Below, piece by piece: positions 8,840 through 16,486 of a stretch of 44,715 nucleotides of DNA. The translations under genes and the position numbers were made by a program. The notes below the pieces were generated by a model, which saw only the letters and a program-made list of their open reading frames with translations, was not told where the DNA came from and searched no databases. Within the stretch, counting starts at the first letter, position 1; each line of letters starts with the position of its first letter. Origin of the DNA: a virus (taxonomy: Duplodnaviria; Caudoviricetes); the IMG/VR virus record IMGVR_UViG_3300023263_000004, positions 1-44,715 of that record. The stretch is one strand, 5' to 3'.

Positions 8840-9899
8840 CGGGGAATTGCGGCTCGCGATTGGTGGCGCATGCAGCAGCCAGCGGGCCGACAAGAAGCTG
8901 GCCACGGAGCTTCGGCGGCTGCTGGTCGAGCCATGCGACACGCTGGTGGGCATCCCAAACTTCGCCCAGACGCCGAACCGTGCGACCTGGGACCGGTACG
9001 CCGCGCACCCCTACGACAAGTTTTACAAGCTCCCCCTCTACGGCAGCGCGTTCATCACGCGGCCGGACAACGCCCCGTGGATCGACACGCCGGACTACTG
9101 GGACGCCGTCCGCGGGCTGTGGGCGGGCAAGCTGGTAACGCTGGTGCTGGGCGATCGGAAGAGCCTCACGCCGGAAATGATCGCGGAGGGGGAGACGGGC
9201 GGGACGGTGAAGCGGGTGATCGATGCGGCACGGACGCACGCTTTCCAGGACATAGACGCCCTACAGGAAGAGATCGGCACCGAGCCTGGGCTTGTGCTCA
9301 TGTGCGTGGGCGCCACGGCCACGGCCCTTGCGCGGCGTCTGGACGACAAAGGCGTGCACGCCCTGGACCTGGGCCACATCGGGATGTTCATGCGGCACGC
9401 CGGCGCCTACGCGTTCAAGCCGGATGACCTCGCGACCAAGGGCCACCGCGCGAGCATGCAGCGGATCCGCTGGGAAGCGCATCCGCACGCGGACACGATC
9501 GGGGCCGAGGTCTTCGCGTTCGCCATGTGGGAACTAGAGGCCCGGACCGTTCTGGACTACGGCTGCGGTACGGGCTGGCTTGAGCACAACATCCACGCGG
9601 GCGGGGCGCCGGGCATGCGGGTCACGAACTACGACATCACGCCCGGGCGCGATGCCATGCCCAAGCCGGCCGACCTGGTGGCCGGCCTCGACGTGCTGAA
9701 CTGGGTAGAGGAGCCGAAGCGGTGGGCCGTTCTGTCGCACATGTGCGCGTTGGCGAAAAAGGGCGTGTACCTGTCCCAGCCGGACCCGGCCGGCGAGATT
9801 GCCGCCGATGTGCAGACCAAGGTGCGCGAGCTGAAGCACTGGCGCGCGCGGATCAACAGCAGCGAAGACGGGGTGACGACTGCATGGCTGACCAAGTAA
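8766..9899 (+). CDS. GT-D fold (DUF1792-like) glycosyltransferase fused to a class I SAM methyltransferase
   Basis: SLARFGDGEL, YGSAFITRP, CVGATATALA and ALDLGH (GT-D), then TVLDYGCGTG. Confidence 0.85.
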   Translation: MKTKILSELETIAACHNRSLARFGDGELRLAIGGACSSQRADKKLATELRRLLVEPCDTLVGIPNFAQTPNRATWDRYAAHPYDKFYKLPLYGSAFITRPDNAPWIDTPDYWDAVRGLWAGKLVTLVLGDRKSLTPEMIAEGETGGTVKRVIDAARTHAFQDIDALQEEIGTEPGLVLMCVGATATALARRLDDKGVHALDLGHIGMFMRHAGAYAFKPDDLATKGHRASMQRIRWEAHPHADTIGAEVFAFAMWELEARTVLDYGCGTGWLEHNIHAGGAPGMRVTNYDITPGRDAMPKPADLVAGLDVLNWVEEPKRWAVLSHMCALAKKGVYLSQPDPAGEIAADVQTKVRELKHWRARINSSEDGVTTAWLTK

Positions 9900-10489
9900 G
9901 CCGGGACGCCGAGATCCTGAAGTACGTCGCGGCCTATCACCGGCCGCGGTATCACATGGGGAACGAGCGGCGCGAGAACAGCACGAAGGCGATCGACGAG
10001 TGGGGGTTCGGGCGCGGCTATCGCACCTTCCTGGACGTGGGCGCCGGCCGCGGCGAGATCCTGAACTTCGTGCAGGACAGCGGGGAGTTCCCCGAGGTCG
10101 TAGGCACCGAGGTCGTGCCGGAACTGATCCAGGCGGACGCGCGGCTTCGCTACGCTGAAGCGCACGCGCTCGACATGCCGGACCGTTCGGTGGACGTGGT
10201 CACGTGCTTCGATGTGCTCGAGCATCTTCTGCCGGCCGACGTAAACCCGGCCGTCGACCACCTGTTTCGCATCGCGCGTTGCGTGGTCATCATCAGCGCC
10301 GCGGAGGATTCCCAGTTCCAGGAGGGCGTCGAGCACCATCCGAGCCGGCGCCCGATCGCGAACTGGCGCGCGTTGCTGCACGCCCGGGCCCTGCCGTACA
10401 AGTTTAAGTTCGCCGCCGCGCGACCCTGCCGAAAGGGGTCCGAGCTGTGGATCTTCACCGGCAAGAAAGCGAAGGCGGACGCGCGATGA
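9884..10489 (+). CDS. class I SAM-dependent methyltransferase
   Basis: ATG at 9884; FLDVGAGRGE and DVVTCFDVLEHL. Confidence 0.88.
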   Translation: MADQVSRDAEILKYVAAYHRPRYHMGNERRENSTKAIDEWGFGRGYRTFLDVGAGRGEILNFVQDSGEFPEVVGTEVVPELIQADARLRYAEAHALDMPDRSVDVVTCFDVLEHLLPADVNPAVDHLFRIARCVVIISAAEDSQFQEGVEHHPSRRPIANWRALLHARALPYKFKFAAARPCRKGSELWIFTGKKAKADAR

Positions 10490-10977
10490 AGCAAACGCGG
10501 ATGAGTGTGCTGGCCGGCTTGATTCGCAAGAATGGATGGACCCGGGGCGTCGAGCTGGGCGTGTGGGAGGGCGCGCTGTTCGGCTATCTGCTGGCCGCGT
10601 TCCCCGATCTGCATCTGACGGGCGTGGACCGGTGGCTGGCGATCGGTGATTACGCCGGCAAGGACATGGCCAGCGCCGAAGCGAAGGCGCGGAAGATCCT
10701 CGCAGCGCACCCGGGCCGCGCGCAGCTCCTGAAGGAAGACACGGTGGTGGCGTCGCTGGGCATCCCCGACGAGTCGCTGGACTTCGTCTTCATCGATGCG
10801 AGCCACGACGCCGAGAGCGTCACGGCGGACATTCGCGCATGGTTTCCCAGGGTCCGAAGCGGCGGGGCATTGACTGGCCACGATGCCAACTGGCCGTCGG
10901 TGCAAGCCGCGCTCGATGAACAGCTTCCAGGGTGGCAACTGTTGGGGGGGAATGTATGGATCTACACCTGCGCGTAG
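10486..10977 (+). CDS. SAM-dependent methyltransferase (Methyltransf_24-like)
   Basis: ATGA overlap; GVELGVWEG, LDFVFIDASH, GGALTGHD. Confidence 0.88.
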   Translation: MKQTRMSVLAGLIRKNGWTRGVELGVWEGALFGYLLAAFPDLHLTGVDRWLAIGDYAGKDMASAEAKARKILAAHPGRAQLLKEDTVVASLGIPDESLDFVFIDASHDAESVTADIRAWFPRVRSGGALTGHDANWPSVQAALDEQLPGWQLLGGNVWIYTCA

Positions 10978-11618
10978 AGGACGAGCACTTCGAATACCTG
11001 CGGCTGCAGAAAGGCGCGCTCGACGAAGAGAGCGACGACCGAGAGGTGTGGCACGAGCTGTACGAGATCTCGCTGGCCGAACAGTTCGACAGCATCAAGC
11101 CGTTCCTGCCGGCGAAGTGCTGGGGCTTGCTCGACATTGGCAGCGGGCTGGGCGGGATCGACGTGCTGATCGGGCGGCACTACGCCGCGCAGCACCGCGG
11201 GCCCCGAAGTGGCTGGCCGTTCGTGCATCTGTTGGACGGAGTGGACGACAAGCCGGAAATGATCCTGCACAGGCAGACGTACAACAGCATGCGGGTGGCC
11301 AAGGATTTCCAGGTCAAGAACGGGATGCCGTCGGACCGTTTTTGCTACTACGGCACGCGCGAACAGCTCTATGTGAAGCCGTTCGACCTGGTCATGAGCT
11401 TCGGGTCCTGGTGCTTCCACTACGAGCCGGCCGTGTACCTGTCGAAGTTGATCAGCGGCGGCGGGCTGCACGAAGACTCGGTCGTCATCGTGGACGTGCG
11501 GGCCACCAAGCCGGAATGGATCGAGCAATTAGACCAGGCGCTGCGACGCGAGGCGGTCATCACAACAAAGCCGAAGTGGCACCGCATCGTGTATGGCATC
11601 CGTCCCCGCACCCGTTGA
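10956..11618 (+). CDS. putative class I SAM-dependent methyltransferase
   Basis: ATG at 10956; LLDIGSGLGGID and FDLVMSFGSWCFHY. Confidence 0.78.
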   Translation: MDLHLRVEDEHFEYLRLQKGALDEESDDREVWHELYEISLAEQFDSIKPFLPAKCWGLLDIGSGLGGIDVLIGRHYAAQHRGPRSGWPFVHLLDGVDDKPEMILHRQTYNSMRVAKDFQVKNGMPSDRFCYYGTREQLYVKPFDLVMSFGSWCFHYEPAVYLSKLISGGGLHEDSVVIVDVRATKPEWIEQLDQALRREAVITTKPKWHRIVYGIRPRTR

Positions 11619-12237
11619 CGTAACAATCATCGGCGGCGGTTGGTCGGTTCTGAACCTTCCCCTGGACGTGCTGTGCGGGCGCGTGATCGCCGTGAACGAT
11701 TCGGCGATTCACGCGCCACGCTGGGACGTTGCGGTATCAATGGACCGGCTGTGGACTGAGCATCGGTTGCACGAGGTCGTGATTCGCAGCGCCGAAACCG
11801 AGCCGCGGCGCGAGATATGGCTGCGCCGATCGGCGGTCCAGAACCTCAAGGTCGACGGCTGGCCCTGGGTGCACGTGTTCGAGTGCGACCACAAGACAAA
11901 TGCATTCAGCACGAAGCCCGGGACGCTCAACGGGACAAACTCAGGCGCGTGCGCGCTCAACCTCGCGTGGCAGATGCGGCCGGCGCGGGTCTTCCTGCTG
12001 GGCTTCGACATGTGCCGATCGCCCGATGGCCGGGCGTACTGGTACCCGCCGTACACCTGGGCGAACGTGAAAGGCGGGACCGGCAACGGCACCTACGGCG
12101 AGTGGGCCAAGCAATTCGCGGGCGCGCGGTCCGCTTTCCAGCGCATCGGCACCAAGGTCTTCAACGTCTCGCCGGCGTCGGCGATCGAGGACTTCCCCAA
12201 AATGACGCCGGCGCAATACGTGAGGGAGTGCCGGTGA
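11593..12237 (+). CDS. second Maf/DUF115-like putative glycosyltransferase
   Basis: IIGGGWS, VIAVNDS, VSMDRLW, GTNSGACALNLA, VFLLGFDM; same motif order as the 8042-8839 domain. Confidence 0.75.
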   Translation: MASVPAPVDVTIIGGGWSVLNLPLDVLCGRVIAVNDSAIHAPRWDVAVSMDRLWTEHRLHEVVIRSAETEPRREIWLRRSAVQNLKVDGWPWVHVFECDHKTNAFSTKPGTLNGTNSGACALNLAWQMRPARVFLLGFDMCRSPDGRAYWYPPYTWANVKGGTGNGTYGEWAKQFAGARSAFQRIGTKVFNVSPASAIEDFPKMTPAQYVRECR

Positions 12238-12962
12238 CACCGTTTACGCTGGTGATGGCCTATTACGACAACCCCGACATGTTCGGCACTCAGTTGCTGC
12301 ACTGTGCGGCGTTGCCGGTTGAGATGCGGAAGGCGTTGACGGTCATCGTTGTGGACGATGGCAGTCCGACGTGGCCGGCGCTGGAAGCTATCGATCGAAT
12401 CGAGGACCGCTTCGACGTATGCCGCTTCGACCTGCAAATCTGGCGGATGCAATGCGACGTGCGCTGGAATCAGGACGCATGCCGCAACGTCGGAGTGCGC
12501 GAGGCCCGGACCCAATGGGTGCTGCTGACCGACATGGACCACGTCGTCCCGCGTGCAACCTGGGAACGGCTGATGGGCGAGAAGCTGAACAAGCACACCG
12601 TGTACCGCTTCGGCCGCGTGTCTGCACCGAACATGGAGCCATACAAGCCGCACCCGAATTCGTGGGCGATGACTGCCAAGAAGTACTGGCAGATCGGCGG
12701 GTATGACGAGGCGCTGGCCGGCAACTACGGCACCGACGGGGACTTCCTCACGCGCGCGCGCGCAGTCGCGGGAGAGCCGATCGAACTACCAGAGGCGCTG
12801 GTGCGCTATCCGCGCGAGGTCGTCCCGGATGCGAGCACGACGACGCTGGAGCGCAAAAGCCTCGAGGACAAGGTCCGCATATCGAACATCATCAAGGCAC
12901 GCAAGGCGCACCCCGACTGGCGGCCGCTGCACTTCAATTTCCCGTGTGAGCGCGTTCTATGA
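12234..12962 (+). CDS. GT-A fold glycosyltransferase (GT2/GT7-like)
   Basis: GTG at 12234; VIVVDDGS, CRNVG, VLLTDMDH (DxD), IGGYDE...YGTDGDF. Confidence 0.85.
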   Translation: MTPFTLVMAYYDNPDMFGTQLLHCAALPVEMRKALTVIVVDDGSPTWPALEAIDRIEDRFDVCRFDLQIWRMQCDVRWNQDACRNVGVREARTQWVLLTDMDHVVPRATWERLMGEKLNKHTVYRFGRVSAPNMEPYKPHPNSWAMTAKKYWQIGGYDEALAGNYGTDGDFLTRARAVAGEPIELPEALVRYPREVVPDASTTTLERKSLEDKVRISNIIKARKAHPDWRPLHFNFPCERVL

Positions 12963-13666
12963 TGGACTTCGTCACGTTCAAGTGGCGGCCGGCGCCGGGC
13001 TATCGATCGAAGTTCGAGGCGGCGACGGTCAACACCCTCTACAGCATGCTGGGCCGCAACTACCACGCCCCGTTCCGGCTCACCTGCGTCACGGATGACA
13101 CGAAGGGAATCAGCAGCGAGGTCCGCACCGTGGACCTGTGGGACGACTGGTCGAGATTGCCCAGCCCGCACGGCGCCAACTACCCGAGCTGCTACCGACG
13201 GCTGAAGCTGTTCAGCGACGAGGCCGCGGAAATCATCGGGCCCAGGTTCGTGTGCATGGATCTCGACCTCGTCATCCTGGGCGACGTGACGGCGATGTTT
13301 GCCGAGGACGTGGACTTCCGCATCTGGGGCGACACGGCCAAGGGCACGCCCTACAACGGAAGCCTCTGGATGCTGCGAGCTGGCGCGCGGCGGCAAGTGT
13401 GGGACGAGTTCGACCCGGTCGAGTCACCGCGGAAGTCGCTGGCGTTCGGCTACATCGGCAGCGACCAGGGATGGATCGGCGCATGCCTGGGACCGAACGA
13501 GCGGAAGTGGTCCACGCGCGATGGTGTATATTCTTTCCGCAATCACATCCAGCGCAACCGCTACCAGTTGCCGGCAAATGCGCGGGTCGTGATCTTTCAC
13601 GGCGCGGTCGATCCCTGGGGAGAGCACGCGCAGCGGTTAAGCTGGGTCCGCAAGCACTATCGGTGA
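12959..13666 (+). CDS. GT-A fold glycosyltransferase (GT8-like)
   Basis: LTCVTDD, RLKLF, CMDLDLVI (DxD), YNGSLW, GSDQGWI, VIFHG..DPW. Confidence 0.82.
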   Translation: MMDFVTFKWRPAPGYRSKFEAATVNTLYSMLGRNYHAPFRLTCVTDDTKGISSEVRTVDLWDDWSRLPSPHGANYPSCYRRLKLFSDEAAEIIGPRFVCMDLDLVILGDVTAMFAEDVDFRIWGDTAKGTPYNGSLWMLRAGARRQVWDEFDPVESPRKSLAFGYIGSDQGWIGACLGPNERKWSTRDGVYSFRNHIQRNRYQLPANARVVIFHGAVDPWGEHAQRLSWVRKHYR

Positions 13667-13669
13667 GCC

Positions 13670-13978
13670 ATGTACGTAACCGTGGACGAGGCCAAGGAGT
13701 ACGTCGGGATCTACCACGCCGAAAAGGACGGCCAGCTTGCGTTCATGATCGAGGCGGCCGAACGGCACGCCCAAAACTTCATCGGCCACGACCTGCGCTG
13801 TAGCACGGTCCCCAGCGAAAACAGCCCCCCGGATCTCGACGCCGAGCTGTTGCCGAACATCAAGGTGTTCGTGCTGGAACAGGTCGCGCGCTGGATCAAA
13901 GACCCGGGCGGGGACCACAAGGCCAGCGACGACTTGCTTCAGATGCTGCACTTCGAGCGCACTGGGCTGGGCGTGTGA
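13670..13978 (+). CDS. head-tail connector (gp6-like)
   Basis: MYVTVDEAKEYV...IEAAE..AQNFIG; position after the head genes. Confidence 0.8.
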   Translation: MYVTVDEAKEYVGIYHAEKDGQLAFMIEAAERHAQNFIGHDLRCSTVPSENSPPDLDAELLPNIKVFVLEQVARWIKDPGGDHKASDDLLQMLHFERTGLGV

Positions 13979-14124
13979 AGAGCAAGGCACCGGGGTGCGT
14001 ACATTGCGCACGGATTCGAAGCGTGTTGCCGCGGGCCATGCGCTTGAGGCTGGAGCGGATCGAAGCCAACCGACGGAGCAAGCGCGATGCAAAGCCTAAG
14101 ACTCCTGCAACGCATCACGATTGA
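13975..14124 (+). CDS. small basic CxxC protein (49 aa, not in the ORF track)
   Basis: GTGA overlap with the connector stop; MKSKAPGCVHCARIRSVLPRAMRLRLERIEANRRSKRDAKPKTPATHHD. Confidence 0.5.
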   Translation: MKSKAPGCVHCARIRSVLPRAMRLRLERIEANRRSKRDAKPKTPATHHD

Positions 14125-14464
14125 ACGCCCCGTAGCGGTCCAGGACGGGGGCGGCGACGACACGGTCACGTATGAACCGGTCCCCGGCTTCATCCGCATC
14201 GGCGCCGATGTGCTCCCAGATCGCGCCGGCGAATTCTTTGCCGCGCGCCAAGTCCAGGCGACGCGCAACGCAATGGTGAAAATCTGGTACCAGCCCGGGC
14301 TAGTCGAGAACATGCGGGTCGTTCATCACGTGCGGCCGGGCATGGATGAGTACTGGGACATTCAAGGCTTGGTCGTTTTCCAGTCCCAGCAGCGCGAGTT
14401 GCGGCTGATGTGTCTGTGGCGCGATGCTGAGGGCTATCGCCGCGGCGCGGACCTGGAGAACTGA
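14087..14464 (+). CDS. head closure / head-tail adaptor
   Basis: LLQRITIERP..QDGGG, GEFFAARQVQA, MRVV. Confidence 0.85.
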   Translation: MQSLRLLQRITIERPVAVQDGGGDDTVTYEPVPGFIRIGADVLPDRAGEFFAARQVQATRNAMVKIWYQPGLVENMRVVHHVRPGMDEYWDIQGLVVFQSQQRELRLMCLWRDAEGYRRGADLEN

Positions 14465-14468
14465 GCAC

Positions 14469-14915
14469 ATGGCCACCGGTCTTGAAGGCGTCGCAGCCCT
14501 GACGAAGAAGCTGCTCGAGATGAAGGGCGCCCTGGCCGCGCGCGAGCTGAGGGGCACGGCGAAAGCGGCGATGGAGGAAGCCGAACATCTCGCGCGCGCG
14601 CGGATCCCGCAGGGCACCGAGCCGCACAAGACCTATCGCGGCCGGCTGGTGTCTCCAGGCTTTGCGGTGTCCACGCTGCACGTGGAGACGTATCTGAACA
14701 AGAACACTGGCGCCGTCGGTGCAGCCTTGGGCACCAGCCGCGAGGCGTTCTACGCCACCCTGTTCGTGGAGCTGGGCACCGCACGCACGCCGGCGCAACC
14801 GTGGCTGCGGCCGGCGTTCGAAGAGTCAGAAGACCCGATGCTGCGCATGATCGCGTCCGACCTGCGCGCGCGCGTAGAGAAGATCGCCAAGCGCCAGGCG
14901 AGGGGTGGAAAGTGA
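14469..14915 (+). CDS. HK97 gp10-like tail completion protein
   Basis: ATG at 14469; GLEGVAALTKKL and FVELGTARTPAQPWLRPAFE. Confidence 0.85.
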   Translation: MATGLEGVAALTKKLLEMKGALAARELRGTAKAAMEEAEHLARARIPQGTEPHKTYRGRLVSPGFAVSTLHVETYLNKNTGAVGAALGTSREAFYATLFVELGTARTPAQPWLRPAFEESEDPMLRMIASDLRARVEKIAKRQARGGK

Positions 14916-15319
14916 CGCTCGAGCAGGCGCTGTTCGCGTGGGCCAATGCGCAGACGGAAGTCGCGGCCCTGATCGGTGAGCCGGCGCGCTTGCGCTTCTT
15001 CAAGCTGACCGTGCCCCAGCGGGCGCACATGCCGTCGGCCGTCCAGCAGCGCACCGGCACGCAGCGCCAGCAATTGCAGTGCCGGGTGGATCGGACCGTG
15101 CAGGCAACGATCCAGATCGACCACTACGGCAAGTCACAGCAAGGCGCGGGTGAGCTGGGCGACGTGTTCCGCACGGCACTTCACGGCGAGACGTTTCCGG
15201 TTATGATGGGCAGCGTCAAGGTGAAGGACGCATTTTGCCTGAACGAGTTCGACCTCGACGACCCCGAGCCGGGGCTGTATCGGCGGTCCCAAAGTTGGCG
15301 GTTCTGGTACGTGGAGTAA
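14912..15319 (+). CDS. tail terminator (DUF3168-like)
   Basis: GTG at 14912; LEQAL, IQIDHYG, LYRRSQSW; synteny. Confidence 0.75.
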   Translation: MTLEQALFAWANAQTEVAALIGEPARLRFFKLTVPQRAHMPSAVQQRTGTQRQQLQCRVDRTVQATIQIDHYGKSQQGAGELGDVFRTALHGETFPVMMGSVKVKDAFCLNEFDLDDPEPGLYRRSQSWRFWYVE

Positions 15320-15326
15320 ATCGGCC

Positions 15327-15773
15327 ATGTCGGTAAACCCTGAAGAAACGCTGATCGGTAACGAGCTGATCCTCGCGGTTGGTGACGGCAATAGCCCCGA
15401 AGCCTTCGTGGACTTTTGCAGCATCGGCGACGTGGCCGGGCTGGGCGAGTCGAAGCCGCAGGTCGATGTAACGACCATCTGTAGCACCGCGCGCCAATTC
15501 CGCAACGGGTTGGCCGAAGGGTCGGAGATGACCATCGCGGCCAACTTCATCCAGGGCGACGGCCAGGCGCGCAGCCTGTTCCAGTCGTACAAGAACGACG
15601 ACATCGTCAACTTCCAGTACCGGGTCAAGGGCAGCAGCCCCGCGGAATACTTCGCGTGGTCCGCGACCGTCCTGGGTTGGCAGATCGCCGGACCCGTCGG
15701 CGATAAGGCAGTGATGACGTTCACCATGAAGATCACGGGCGGCGTGGAGTGGGTGTACGAGGGCGCCCCGTGA
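15327..15773 (+). CDS. major tail tube protein
   Basis: GDGNSPEAF, VDVTT..S.ARQFRNGL, TFTMKITG. Confidence 0.88.
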   Translation: MSVNPEETLIGNELILAVGDGNSPEAFVDFCSIGDVAGLGESKPQVDVTTICSTARQFRNGLAEGSEMTIAANFIQGDGQARSLFQSYKNDDIVNFQYRVKGSSPAEYFAWSATVLGWQIAGPVGDKAVMTFTMKITGGVEWVYEGAP

Positions 15774-16111
15774 GCCGATGGAAGTATCCGGTCGAGAAAG
15801 TCACCGTTGGCGAGAACAGCCAAAACGTCCGCAAGCTCACGTCCGGTGAGCGTCGCGATTTCATCGCCACTTCGAAGAAGATCGGAACCGGCGAGATGCA
15901 ACCCGCCGACCTACCGTTTTTCGTGTGCAAGATGGCCTGTGTTGATCCACCGCTGACCGATGAAGACGCCGTCGCGATGCCACCCGAGCTGATGGACGCG
16001 TGCGTAAACAAAATCATGACGCTGAGTGGCATGCGGACGCCGGCGCTTGATACCACGGGGGAAGCCGACGAAAAAAAAGCCCCCGGCGATTCCTCACCCC
16101 CGACGAGCTGA
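15770..16111 (+). CDS. tail assembly chaperone (gpG-like)
   Basis: GTG at 15770, between tail tube and tape measure; A8 slippery run at 16071-16078. Confidence 0.8.
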   Translation: MSRWKYPVEKVTVGENSQNVRKLTSGERRDFIATSKKIGTGEMQPADLPFFVCKMACVDPPLTDEDAVAMPPELMDACVNKIMTLSGMRTPALDTTGEADEKKAPGDSSPPTS

Positions 16112-16482
16112 TCCGTTGCCGGCTGGCGCTGGCCCTGCACTGCCTGCCTTCAGAAGTTGACGCCATTCCGTGCGACGACTACGACCTCCTGATTCGGTAC
16201 TGGACCGAGGAACCCTGGGGCACATGGCGTGACAATGCTCACGCCGCTATCATCGCCCGCGAGGTCAAGCGCCTGGGACTGAAGCGCGGCGCCCGGGTTT
16301 CGATGGACGACTTCATGCTGGTCCACCCCGAGAAGCGCGGCGCCACCAACGTCCAGAACCTGATCACGTTCCTGAAGATGGCGGCCGGTGGCAAGCCCAC
16401 GTCGAAGCCGAAGAAGCGGCCGCCGTCGGGGCGGCGCAAGGTGAAAAAGGCCGAGGCGACACGTCGCAAGCGCAAGAGGTGA
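16078..16482 (+). CDS. tail assembly chaperone -1 frameshift extension (gpT/DUF4035-like)
   Basis: The -1 frame after A AAA AAA reads SPRRFLTPDELIRCRLALAL...YWTEEPWGTWRD...DDFML to TGA at 16480-16482. Confidence 0.8.
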   Translation, partial: SPRRFLTPDELIRCRLALALHCLPSEVDAIPCDDYDLLIRYWTEEPWGTWRDNAHAAIIAREVKRLGLKRGARVSMDDFMLVHPEKRGATNVQNLITFLKMAAGGKPTSKPKKRPPSGRRKVKKAEATRRKRKR

Positions 16483-16486
16483 AGCC

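Noticed and set aside
7842-13666. GT cassette as a DNA hypermodification or Gtr-type serotype-conversion locus
   Set aside because: No hydroxymethylase, nucleotide kinase, polymerase, flippase or membrane GT was seen, and the cassette lies within the head operon.
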